A DNA stretch of 63,571 nt, filler included, from Octopus bimaculoides (GCF_001194135.2; 7 parts of 7 records of this genome joined end to end with filler, not necessarily neighbours in it); one strand, 5' to 3'; positions 1 to 10,865 are shown, counted from the whole stretch's first letter. Numbers and translations: made by a program. The notes: generated from the sequence alone by a model not told the origin.

Positions 1-237
1 ATAGGGGAGCGGGCAAACGAACATTGGAGGGAACTTAAGGAAGGGAAGAACTCATCAGATCTGTACCAGCACGCTGAGCAAGAACATAGAGGCTCAATCA
101 ACAACATAGAAATTAAAATCTTATCTACACATAGCAGTGATGCAGCACTTAGACAAATTACTGAAGCTACACACATAATAGAAGAGAAACCTAGCCTGAA
201 TAGGAAACTAGAATGGAACACTAACACACACCACTAA
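1..237 (+). mobile_element. Penelope-like element, C-terminal half of GIY-YIG endonuclease (runs off window start)
   Basis: Frame 1 reads IGERANEHWRELKEGKNSSDLYQHAEQEH...ILSTHSSDAALRQITEATHIIEEKPSLNRKLEW...stop at 235-237. This fits the PLE GIY-YIG C-terminal pattern R..EH...S.L..H...R...EA..I....P.LN; a hammerhead motif follows downstream. Confidence 0.75.
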
Positions 238-601
238 CAAACCACAAACCACAACATGTGACATGTTACCCATAAACCAATAATAATATGCACAAAATAT
301 AATACAATACATAGATAAACAAATGGAATTAAATACTACATACGTTAACAAAATTTAATTAAACACAAAAAAAGAAAAAAACACACACACACATGAACAA
401 ATAAATAAAAACAAATACAAACGAACACGTATTAACAGAGTATAAAGGTGATACAGACACTCCCCATACACACACATGCACTTACAAAAGACACAGACAC
501 ATTGAAGGACACGCATGCGTAGACACATACAATAGGAATACAAAATACAAAATGGCTGATAGTTAGCAAGGTGAGACACACATAAGAAAGAAGGAAACAA
601 A

Positions 602-646
602 GGACCACTGATGAGGTCACAGAAGCGTGACGAAAGAACTCTGGCC
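602..646 (+). ncRNA. Minimal type I hammerhead ribozyme in PLE 3' region
   Basis: GGACCA-CTGATGA-G-GTCAC agaagc GTGAC-GAAA-GAAC-TC-TGGCC: intact core boxes, perfect 5-bp stem II, short stem III, stem I CCA/TGG plus GG/CC. Confidence 0.72.
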
Positions 647-687
647 GAAATAAGATTAAGATTAATGTAATATAAAGCTGAAGCAAA

Positions 688-760
688 TTAACACCAAATA
701 TACAGTGCGTGTGTTTTTATTGGCTAAACTGGCAATATGACCATCCCCAAGTACAACAAC
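688..760 (+). repeat. PLE terminal segment; near-identical second copy at 55764-55835
   Basis: TAACACCAAATATACAGTGCGTGTGTTTTTATTGGCTAAACTGGCAATATGACCATCCCCAAGTACAACAA is present at both sites, each followed directly by (AT)n. Confidence 0.75.
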
Positions 761-1463
761 ATATATATATATATTTATATATGTATGTATTTACAGATGC
801 ATACATATACATACATATCTTTTACTTGTTTCAGTCATTAGACTGCAGCCACACACACACACACAATATGGTATTATGAATGAATTAACTGATTAACTGC
901 TGGGAATTTGAATGTAATGTGATATTGAAATTGTGAACAGAAATTATATACGAAGGGGGAAAGAAAAGGTAGAAACCAGTCGACCAATGATTGCAGAGCT
1001 TGGTAAAGTTTATATATTCCGTCTGGCACCAAGTGTGTCAAGGTAGGACTGTTCACAGACCGGTTTTAACTGGGATGTTTTATTTCTGGTGCCAATCATA
1101 GCTTGTCCTACATGTTTTGCAAACAAACGATTGATGGTGTATACATATTTTCTGTAACCTATATACACACAATACCAATACATAGCTGTGTACTGCGAAA
1201 TATTGCTATACAACAGAAATGTACTTGCTTTCATATATATATATATATATACAGTGATTTCTACAGACTAATATACATGCATAGATTCATTCATTTATAT
1301 ATAAATAAATATATGTTTACATATCTGTGTATACATATATGTATACCTATAGCTATGTATATATGTATGTGATTTTTCTTTGAGTGTATTTTAGTTCTTC
1401 ATGAGTGAGTTCAAGCTGGTCACTAACAAAGTGACAAGATTTTTGAGTTAATAGAGTCCCCAG

Positions 1464-2200
1464 CAGGCACGTGGCTTAGTGGTTAGGGTGTCAACATCAT
1501 GATCGTGGTTTCGATTCCTGAACCGAGTGACGTGTTGTGTTCTTGAGCAAAACACTTCATTTCACGTTGCACCAGTCCACCCAGCTGGTAAAAATGAGTA
1601 ACGCTGCAATAGACTGGCGTCCCATCCAGCTGGAGAACACATACACCATTGAAACTAGGAAACCAGGCCCATAAGCCTGGCTAGGCTTTAAAAGGGCGCA
1701 GTTGGAGGTGCAATGGCCCAGTGGTTAGGGCAACGGACTCGCAGTCGGAGGATTACGATTTCGATTCCCAGACCAGGCATTGTGTGTTTATTGAGCGAAA
1801 ACACCTAAAGCTCCATGAAGCTCCGGCAGGGGGTGGTGGCGACCCCTGTTGTACTCTTTCACCACAACTTTCTCTCACTCTTTCTTCCTGTTTCTTGAGT
1901 AACGCTGTGATGGACTTGCGTCCCGTCCAGCTGGGGGGAACACATATGCCATAGAAACCAGCAAACCGGGCCCATGTGCCTGGCTAGGCTTTAAAAGGGC
2001 GCAGTTCGAGGTGCAATGGCCCAGTGGTTAGGGCAGCGGACTCGCGGTCTGACGATTACAGTTTCGATTCCCAGACCGGGTGTTGTGTGTGTGTATTGAG
2101 TGTAAACACCTAAAGCTACGAGGCTCCGGCATAGAAACTGGGAAACCAGGCCCATGAGTCTGGCTAGGCTTGAAAAGGGCGCATAAATAAAAAAATAAAA
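1464..2200 (+). mobile_element. Trimeric tRNA-derived SINE composite with target-site duplication
   Basis: Three tRNA-like heads (A box TGGC..AGTGG, B box TTCGATTCC) at about 1464, 1705 and 2008, each unit ending CTGGCTAGGCTT(T/G)AAAAGGGCGCA; A-rich tail; AGAGTCCCCAG direct repeat at 1453-1463 and 2201-2211. Confidence 0.85.
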
Positions 2201-2475
2201 AGAGTCCCCAGTGTTTGTAAATATGTGGTTGAGTTGGTGTTAGTTAAACTGTTGATGCATGGCCCCAAGTGTGTGCATCTATTCACATAAGAATCTCAGA
2301 TGGAGAATTTTGGGAACATCTTACAAATCTTCATTGTACCAAGGAAAGGTTGGATTTGGAGAATCCATGTCAGTTCCTTTGCTTTTCTCTGCGAAACTGA
2401 ATATTTCTAGGTTTTTCTACAAATTTATTGGTACATAACCTAAGTCACCCATGATGATGTACATATGTATGTATA

Positions 2476-2572
2476 TCATTATTCAGTTTATTTCAAGATT
2501 TCTTGCCAATAGAGAAAGAATCAGTTTCTAACCTAGATCCAAGGCTCCATCATTGGAATTTCAACAACAGGG
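2476..2572 (-). repeat. Short interspersed ~110-bp element in (TACA)n-rich context, hammerhead-like fold; other copies at 43015-43125 and 56224-56320
   Basis: Reverse complement CCCTGTTGTTGAAATTCCAATGATGGAGCCTTGGATCTAGGTTAGAAACTGATTCTTTCTCTATTGGCAAGAAATCTTGAA aligns with the + strand copy at 43015. Confidence 0.75.
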
Positions 2573-2689
2573 TATTTTTGTTTGTATGCATGTATGTGCA
2601 GATTCATATGTTTTATGTATGTATTCTCATGCATATAGTTGCATATCTAGACATGCTCATATATTTAAATGATAAACTTCTGGAAAGTT

Positions 2690-3805
2690 TTACAGATTTT
2701 TACAATTCCAGTGATGGATTGGATCTATAGTCTTCGAATTAGCTTTCTCCTTTCTGGTTTTGAGAAGCCAATTTCTCAAGATTGGTATTTAGGCAGTATG
2801 TTACATATCCCAGAGCCCCAATAATTACAGGTATAAACCTGAATTTGTAATCTGGATAAGAGTAACTGCAGATTTCTCAATAGTTCAGCATAAGTGTTCT
2901 CTTTTTCACTGATCTTCAGCTTTATGTTAACATCCACTGGGCAGCTAATTTCCTCAACTGTGCACAGTTTCTCTTCTCTATCCCAAATCATTATATCAGG
3001 TCTGTTGTGCTTACATTTTATTGAGCTCTTCACTGACACATTTCCCCAGTATTCCTTTTTATTATTCTACCATATTATGGGTCCTTATTTCTTTGTCCTT
3101 GGGATTATCCTTCCAATGGATTTCATTATAGAGTGTCCTAGTTATAACATCATGTCTCATCGGTAGATAATACCATGATGACATTTTCAGACAACTGCTT
3201 ATGATGTGGGTGATATCTTCAGTGTGAACTCCACAAAGTCTGCATCGGTTGTCACATTTTATGGCTTTTCCTGCATCTCTATCCCTTTTGTACATCAGGT
3301 GCTTGGTTGATATTTACTGTTCCTGCATTGCAAACGCATACTCTTTAAAGTAGGGGTTGTAAACTGGCTATTGGTCCATGATAAACTGCTTTTATGATCG
3401 ATATTACAATCATCACAAAGCTTTCCACTGACATACCCATGCATAGTCTTCTGCTCATGTAGGCTCATCCTTTCATCTGATGATATGTTGTGGTAGAGTC
3501 ATGCGACTTCTTTGGGCATGTATTCTAGGTTATCAGACAAAGAGTGTTGCTCAAGGAGTTGCCTTCCAAGTCTTATATTATCACCTTCATGCATGCAAAT
3601 TTGGTCAAGGAATGCACTTCGATACTTGGTGGTTAGATGTTACCGAAGGGATATGATGTGATATTCAAAGGCATTTTGGATGTTAAGCTTCTGCCTCCTT
3701 GTTTTCGTTTTAGGCAGAGATGGTCTGTGTCACTGTCTATGTGGAAATTATGTGTACTTGTTAGTATTTTCGGGGTTTTCACATCAATGGCTCAGATTTC
3801 ATCAA
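2690..3805 (-). mobile_element. R4/Dong-clade non-LTR retrotransposon, degraded 3' part (thumb, CCHC knuckle, restriction-like endonuclease)
   Basis: Minus frames give AIDVKTPKILT...SDTDHLCLKRKQGGRSL, CRLCGVHTEDITHIISSC...RHD and KHNRPDIMIWDREEKLCTVEEISCPVD...KENTY, with frameshifts and stops. Confidence 0.85.
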
Positions 3806-4069
3806 GAATATATATGTATATATATGTGTGCATGTGTATGTGTGTATAGTTCAAATTTACAGACAACAAAAGATGAAGACAGGTGTAGGAACAACAAGCA
3901 GATGTCTTAGTTTAATGGTCGGGAAGAATAGAAAAGTCTTTTATGTTTCGAGCCTACGCTCTTTGACAAAAAGAGACATGAGGAAGAAAAGGAGAGAGAA
4001 TGAAAAAAACAGAGAGAAAAAACAGGCAGAGTTCAACGGTCCAACATTGTGAGATGACTGTATAGATAT

Positions 4070-4400
4070 CATCATCATCATCATTTAACGTCTGCTTCCA
4101 TGTTAGCATGGGTTGGATGATTTGACTGGGGACTGGTGGACCAGGAGGCTACACCAGGCTCCAATCTGATTTGGCAGAGTTTCTACAGCTGGATGCCCTT
4201 CCTAACACCAACCACTCCGAGAGTGTAGTGGGTGCTTTTTACGTGTCACCGGCACGAGGGCCAGTCAGGCAGTACTGGCAACAGCTACGCATAAATAGTG
4301 TTTTTTATGTGCCACCTGCACAGGAGTCAGTCCAATGTTTTGTTCACATGCCACCAGCACAAGTGCCAGTAAGGCGAAGCTGGAAACAATCGCGCTCAAA
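4070..4400 (-). mobile_element. Family C element (RTE-type 3' tail with (GAT)n), 3' part
   Basis: CATCATCAT...TTTAACGTCTGCTTCCATG...CTACAGCTGGATGCCCTTCCTAAC is shared with copies at 11790, 16076, 24517 and 28545. Confidence 0.8.
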
Positions 4401-4421
4401 CGTACATATATATATATATAT

Positions 4422-4468
<47 letters not shown>

Positions 4469-4547
4469 TATACATATATATATATATACGTATATATATT
4501 TATGTACATATCTATCTATCTATATATATGTATACATACATGCATGC

Positions 4548-4601
<54 letters not shown>

Positions 4602-4619
4602 ATATGTATGTACATGTTT

Positions 4620-4830
4620 GTGTGTCTGTGTTTGTCTCCCCAACATCGCTTGACAACCGATGCTGGTGTGTTTACATCTTCATCACCTAGCGGTTTGGCA
4701 AGAGAGATCGATAGAATAAGTACTAGGCTTACAAAGAATAAGTCCTGGGATCAATTTGCTCAACTAAAGGTGGTGCTCCAGCATGGCTGCAGTCAAATGA
4801 CTGAAACAAATAAAAGAATAAAAGAATATA
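4620..4830 (+). mobile_element. Family B SINE, 3' half
   Basis: TTTGTCTCCCCAACATCGCTTGACAACCGATGCTGG...GGCTGCAGTCAAATGACTGAAAC matches the complete copy at 10355-10777. Confidence 0.8.
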
Positions 4831-5106
4831 TATATATATATATATTCATTAGAAATGCAGAGACGCCTATAATAGGACATCTACTCGCTAGAAATAGCAG
4901 CAAAAATACTACATACCACAAAAGTTAGGGATAATTTCGAAAGGAAATGAAAAATAAAAACTTTTACCAATCTATATTTTGCATTTTTGTATTTGCTGCC
5001 AATTAGGTAAACCGTAAATACGCGGTATATTTTGAAAAATTAGACATAAAAACACGAACCATGCTGCGTACTGATTCGTGCTTCATATGTTGTCTGGTCA
5101 ATTCTG

Positions 5107-5163
5107 CTGACGAAAGTCTGACCTTGTAAGATATAATCTTTATCTTACTAAAATTGACTTGAA
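5107..5163 (+). ncRNA. Probable hammerhead ribozyme truncated by assembly gap
   Basis: CTGACGA-AAGTC ... GACTT-GAA then Ns; stem II AAGTC/GACTT encloses an extra hairpin GTAAGAT/ATCTTAC. Stems III and I fall in the gap. Confidence 0.5.
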
Positions 5164-5501
5164 NNNNNNNNNNNNNNNNNNNNNNNNNNNNNNNNNNNNN
5201 NNNNNNNNNNNNNNNNNNNNNNNNNNNNNNNNNNNNNNNNNNNNNNNNNNNNNNNNNNNNNNNNNNNNNNNNNNNNNNNNNNNNNNNNNNNNNNNNNNNN
5301 NNNNNNNNNNNNNNNNNNNNNNNNNNNNNNNNNNNNNNNNNNNNNNNNNNNNNNNNNNNNNNNNNNNNNNTATATATATATATATATATATATATAAAAA
5401 CGATGATGATATATATATATATATATATATATATGGAGAGAGAGAGAGAGAGAGAGATCAGTCTGTTTGTCTACTTCTCTGCTTATTTACCTATCTATCT
5501 T

Positions 5502-5542
<41 letters not shown>

Positions 5543-5980
5543 ATGTATGTATGTAAGTTATCAGTCATCTCTAAGGAGGACAAGCTGGTCATCACCACCC
5601 TGACAGATGAACATGTGTCATCATCGTTATCATTGTGGTCATCATCATTTGTCTAATGTCCCTTATCTGTACTTACATGGGCGAGAGGTTGTTTATAGAA
5701 GCAGATTTTCTATGACCAGATGCCTTTCCTATCACCAACTCTCACTAAGCAAGGTTAACATTTCCTCATGACGAGACTGTTTCTGCAGAATATTGGAAAA
5801 TCACGACCCTGCTCGTATATCAGTGCTGCTTGTTTACGACTATGGCATAATGTCATGGCAAGGATAGTTGAGGTAGTAGGTATCATGAGTGGTAATATGT
5901 ATGAGTAAATTAGAGAGAGAAAGAGAAAGAGGGAGAGGTAGAAAGAGAAGAGAGAGAGAGGGAAAGAGAGAGAGAGAGAG

Positions 5981-5989
<9 letters not shown>

Positions 5990-6012
<23 letters not shown>

Positions 6013-6680
6013 CATGTTAGCATGAGTGTATGTGTGATAAGCAGCATGTGTGGGTGTGTGTGTGTCATAGAGTGTGGTAGTGTGTGTGATGGTGTGGTAG
6101 CGTGAGTAATAGTGTATGTGTGTGTGTGCATGCTAGCATGAGTGTATGTGTGGTGAACAGCATGTGTGGATGTGTGTGTGTGTCATAGAGTGTGGTAGTG
6201 TGATTATATATGTGTGTGTATGTGCGTGAATGTGTGTGTATGTGCGCGAATGTGTGTATGTGCGTGTGTGTCATACAGTGTGGTAGTGTGCGTGATGGTG
6301 TGGTAGTGTGAGTGAGTGTGTGTGTGCATGTTAGCACGAGTGTATGTGTGGTGAACAGCATGTGTGGGTGTGTGTGTGTGTCATAGTGTGGTAGTGTGAT
6401 TAGATACGTGTGTGTATGTGCGTGAGTGTATGCGCGTGTGCGTCATAGAGTGTGGTAGTGTGTGTGCATCATAGTGTGGTAGTGTATGTGTGTATGCGCG
6501 AGTGTGTGTGTATGTGCATGTGTGTCATACAGTGTGGTAGTGTGTGTGTGTGTGCATGTTAGCATGAGTGTATGTGTGATGAGCAGCGTATGTGGGTGTG
6601 TGTGTGTGTGTGTGATAGAGTGTGGTAGCATGTGTGTGTGGTAGTGTGATTAGATATGTGTGTGTATGTATGTGTGCGTG
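5990..6680. repeat. (GT)n-derived higher-order minisatellite
   Basis: The block GCATGTTAGCATGAGTGTATGTGTG..AGCAGCATGTGTGGGTGTGTG..TCATAGAGTGTGGTAGTGTG recurs at about 6012, 6128, 6325 and 6554. Confidence 0.75.
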
Positions 6681-7777
6681 TGTTTAATTGTGGAAGTAGT
6701 AGTAATGGTAGTAGTAGCAGCAGCAGCTGCTGTGATAGTGATTGTGGCAGTGGTGGTGGTGCTGCTGGTGGTGGTAGTAGTAGTAGTACTAGAAGTAGTA
6801 GCAGTAGTGGTAGTGGTGGTGGTGGTGGTGGTGGTGNNNNNNNNNNNNNNNNNNNNNNNNNNNNNNNNNNNNNNNNNNNNNNNNNNNNNNNNNNNNNNNN
6901 NNNNNNNNNNNNNNNNNNNNNNNNNNNNNNNNNNNNNNNNNNNNNNNNNNNNNNNNNNNNNNNNNNNNNNNNNNNNNNNNNNNNNNNNNNNNNNNNNNNN
7001 NNNNNNNNNNNNNNNNNNNNNNNNNNNNNNNNNNNNNNNNNNNNNNNNNNNNNNNNNNNNNNNNNNNNNNNNNNNNNNNNNNNNNNNNNNNNNNNNNNNN
7101 NNNNNNNNNNNNNNNNNNNNNNNNNNNNNNNNNNNNNNNNNNNNNNNNNNNNNNNNNNNNNNNNNNNNNNNNNNNNNNNNNNNNNNNNNNNNNNNNNNNN
7201 NNNNNNNNNNNNNNNNNNNNNNNNNNNNNNNNNNNNNNNNNNNNNNNNNNNNNNNNNNNNNNNNNNNNNNNNNNNNNNNNNNNNNNNNNNNNNNNNNNNN
7301 NNNNNNNNNNNNNNNNNNNNNNNNNNNNNNNNNNNNNNNNNNNNNNNNNNNNNNNNNNNNNNNNNNNNNNNNNNNNNNNNNNNNNNNNNNNNNNNNNNNN
7401 NNNNNNNNNNNNNNNNNNNNNNNNNNNNNNNNNNNNNNNNNNNNNNNNNNNNNNNNNNNNNNNNNNNNNNNNNNNNNNNNNNNNNNNNNNNNNNNNNNNN
7501 NNNNNNNNNNNNNNNNNNNNNNNNNNNNNNNNNNNNNNNNNNNNNNNNNNNNNNNNNNNNNNNNNNNNNNNNNNNNNNNNNNNNNNNNNNNNNNNNNNNN
7601 NNNNNNNNNNNNNNNNNNNNNNNNNNNNNNNNNNNNNNNNNNNNNNNNNNNNNNNNNNNNNNNNNNNNNNNNNNNNNNNNNNNNNNNNNNNNNNNNNNNN
7701 NNNNNNNNNNNNNNNNNNNNNNNNNNNNNNNNNNNNNNNNNNNNNNNNNNNNNNNNNNNNNNNNNNNNNNNNNNNNN

Positions 7778-7820
<43 letters not shown>

Positions 7821-7854
7821 GTATGTGTGTGTGTGTGTGTGTGTATAGATATAC

Positions 7855-8530
7855 AGAAACTAGGGATAGATGAGTGGTTGGTGAGAGCTGTACAAGTCAT
7901 ATACAGGAATGCTGTCAGTAAGGTGAGAGTTGGCAACGAGTATAGCAAAGAATTCAGGGTACATGTAGGGGTTCACGAAGGACCAGTCCTCAGCCCCGTC
8001 TTCTTCCTCATAGTCCTCCAGGCAATAACAGAAGAATTCAAGACAGGATGCCCCTGGGAGCTCCTCTATGCAGATGACCTTGCTCTAATAGCTGAACCAC
8101 TACCAGAACAAGAGAAGAAGTTTCAGGTGTGGAAGCAAGGTCTAGAATTGAAGGAACTTAAAAGTCAATCTACCAAAAACCAAAGTCTTAGTAAGCAGGA
8201 AGGTAGATAAATCACAGATCCCTTCATGTAGGTGGCCCTGCTTGAACTGTCTAAAAGGCAGAGAAGGAAACTCCCAGTGTAAGCTATGGATACGTAAGAG
8301 GTGCAGCAATATGAGACGAAGGTTAACAGGGAAGATAGTTTTTGTGTGTGGAAGGTGCACAAGTACAATAAATACTAAAAATGTATAGAAAATAGATTCC
8401 ATCACATGTCAGGTGTGGGGAAACTAGTAGTTGATAACTTCTGTTACCTAGGTGACCATGTCAGTAGCAGGGGTTGGATGCTTTGAGAGCTCCTACCTCT
8501 GCTGGTAACAAAAGGTCTCTTGCTCAGACT
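7855..8530 (+). mobile_element. RTE-clade LINE reverse transcriptase fragment with Cys-rich insert
   Basis: LGIDEWLVRAVQVIY...VGVHEGPVLSPVFFLIVL...ELLYADDLALIAE, then WPCLNCLKG...CKLWIRKRC...FVCGRC, then FCYLGD. Confidence 0.85.
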
Positions 8531-8544
8531 GAAAGGCAGGCTGT

Positions 8545-9420
8545 ATGATACTCCTTTTATTTTCCAAAATTAAGATAAACAAAGTTCTTTTTTAATCTAA
8601 AATATACTCTCCTTCATTTTCTACAATGTTCTTCCATCTATCTGGTAGACTTGCAAAGTTCCTCTTCAAAAATACTTCTCCAGTACTGTTCTGACCTCAT
8701 CTACAGAATTGATATTTTTTCCATCCAAATGATTTTGAAGACTGCGGAATAAATGATTATCAAATGGGGCAATGTCCGGCGAATATGATGGGTGGGACAT
8801 CGTTTCCCATTCAAACTGCGCCAGCCTTTGGAATGTCATCCTCGCTGTATGTGAACGAGCATTATCCTAGTGGAAGAACACCATTCATTTTGAAACCAAA
8901 GATGGTTGTTTTTCTTCTAGTGCAGGTGTTGATAAATGGTTGAATAACCAAATCCAAGCTTCTCTGCTAGTTCCTCAACAGTTACAATGGGATTTTGCTC
9001 CACCAAGGTTTGCAGGACATCCTCGTCAAGGTTTACAGATCTTCCAGGATGAGGCTTGTCTTCTAGGTTGTAGTTTCCAGCTCGGAATTTCTGGAACCAC
9101 CATTGACACTGGCTTATGTTTATTGTCCGATCCCCATATCCTGCATTAATATTCCTCGCACTTTCCTTTGTGTTGTTACCTTTATTGAACTCGTAAAGCA
9201 AAATATGCCGAATATACTCCTTTGTCACTTCCATTATAACTTTGTAAAAATAACTGTTAAAATCAAACTGCACTCTTCAAGACTTGTACTAAGAATAAGA
9301 AGGTAAAATTACTACCTGCTTTTATAGAAAGTTAATGCAGGTAGTTTATTCCATCCCCTTCTGACGTTTAGTTCATGCAATTGAAAAAAAAAAACATATT
9401 ATTTATAGGGGGACCCAATC
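8545..9420 (-). mobile_element. Mariner (DD34D-type) transposon, internally deleted
   Basis: ORF 8917-9273 encodes the HTH region (IRHILLYEFNKG...WWFQKFRAGNYNLEDKPHPGR). Downstream minus frames give DNARSHTA, HPPYSPDIAP and HLFRSLQNHLDGK. Confidence 0.9.
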
Positions 9421-9438
9421 AATAATATTAATACGCTT

Positions 9439-9860
9439 AAGGGTGGTGAGCTGGCAGAAACGTTAGCACTCCGGCTGAAATGCTTAGCGGTATTTCATCT
9501 GTCTGAGTTCAAATTCTACCGAGGTCGACTTTCATCCTTTTGGGGTTGATTAAAAAAGTACCAGTTATACACTGGGGTCAATATAATCGACTTAATTCAT
9601 TTGTCTGTCCTTGTTTGTCCCTTCTGTGTGTAGCCCCTTGTGGGCAATAAAGAAATAAGAAACGTTCGCATGCCGGCCGAAATGCTTAGCTGTATTTCAT
9701 CTGTCTTTACGTTCTGAGTTCAAATTCTGCTGAAGTCGACTTTGCCCTTCATCCTCTCAGAGTTGATAAATTAAGTACCAGTTGCATACTAGGGTCAACC
9801 TAATCGACTGGCCCCTTCCCCCAAAATGTTGGGCCTTGTGCCTAGAGTAGAAAAGAATAT
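9439..9860 (+). mobile_element. Family A SINE dimer (A1 + headless A2)
   Basis: GGTGAGCTGGCAGAAACGTTAGC head, GAGTTCAAATT B box and GTCGACTTT..CATCCTTT..GGGGTTGAT..AAGTACCAGT core, present twice and joined at AAAGAAATAAGAAACGTT. Confidence 0.85.
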
Positions 9861-10354
9861 TAATATGCTTAGTTTTTTTTGGGGGGGTTTTGTACATACT
9901 TGTGGTGTGTGTCACATTTACTTCAAAGGAAGAGGTAAAAAGGTTGAAGGGAGAGGTACAAAGAAAAAGAGACATGAAAGGTGTTAAGTAGAGGAGGTAT
10001 ACTTGAAGTGAGGGGCAAAGCGGGAGAGAGGGGGAGGAACAGACGCAGAGGAAGTTTAGTAGAAGTGAGAGGCAAAGCGGCAAAGAGGAGGAAGTATGAG
10101 GGAGTGTGAGGGAGAGAGAGAGAGAAGATTGATAGTGCTGAGAAGTAAGAGAAATATAACGCGATAAACCGATAAACGCAGTAGGACAGTTAGAGGCAAA
10201 GAGACATAGAGGAGGGAGAGAGGAGGGAGGGGGGGAAAGTGAAGGAAAGGAACGGATAGAGAATAACAGTGAAGGAGTGGAACCATTCTCATCCAGAAGA
10301 CACTGGAAAACTTTTCATTTTTGACGATATATGATAATGTTACCTGTCTATAGG

Positions 10355-10777
10355 CAGAGGAGCGGCTGTGTGGTAAGTAGCTTGCTTATGAACTACATGG
10401 TTCTGGGTTCAGTCCCACTGCGTGGCACCTTGGGCAAGTGTCTTCTACTATAACCTCGGGCCGACCAAAGCCTTGTGAGTGGATTTGGTAGACGGAAACT
10501 GAAAGAAGCCTGTCGTATATATGTGTATATTCATATATATATATATATGTGTGTGTGTATGAATGTATGCGTGTGTGTGTTTGTCTCCCCCAACATCGCT
10601 TGACAACTGATGCTGTTGTGTTTACGTCCCCGTAACTTAGTGGTTCAGCAAAAGAGACCAATAGAATAAGTACTAGGCTTGCAAAGAATAAGTACTGGGG
10701 TCGATTTGCTCGACTAAAGGCGGTGCTCCAGCATGGCCACAGTCAAATGACTGAAACAAGTAAAAGAGTAAAAGAGT
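10355..10777 (+). mobile_element. Family B tRNA-derived SINE, full length with internal (TA/TG)n
   Basis: GCGGCTGTGTGGTAAGTAGC...GGTTCAGTCCC head, CACCTTGGGCAAGTGTCTTCTACTAT core, AAAAGAGT tail; many partial copies in the window. Confidence 0.85.
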
Positions 10778-10824
10778 ATCTATCTATCTGTCTATCTTTC
10801 TGACAGTGAAATATTGTCTGTCTG

Positions 10825-10865
<41 letters not shown>

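Noticed and set aside
1705-1780. tRNA genes at SINE heads (also 2008, 10360, 48060-48135)
   Set aside because: A and B boxes are present but the acceptor stems do not close, and each continues into a SINE body.
4171-4928. ORFs rich in YIYI, HTHT or CVCV here and throughout the track, and ORFs spanning Ns
   Set aside because: Produced by dinucleotide and tetranucleotide repeats or by gaps; no coding signal.
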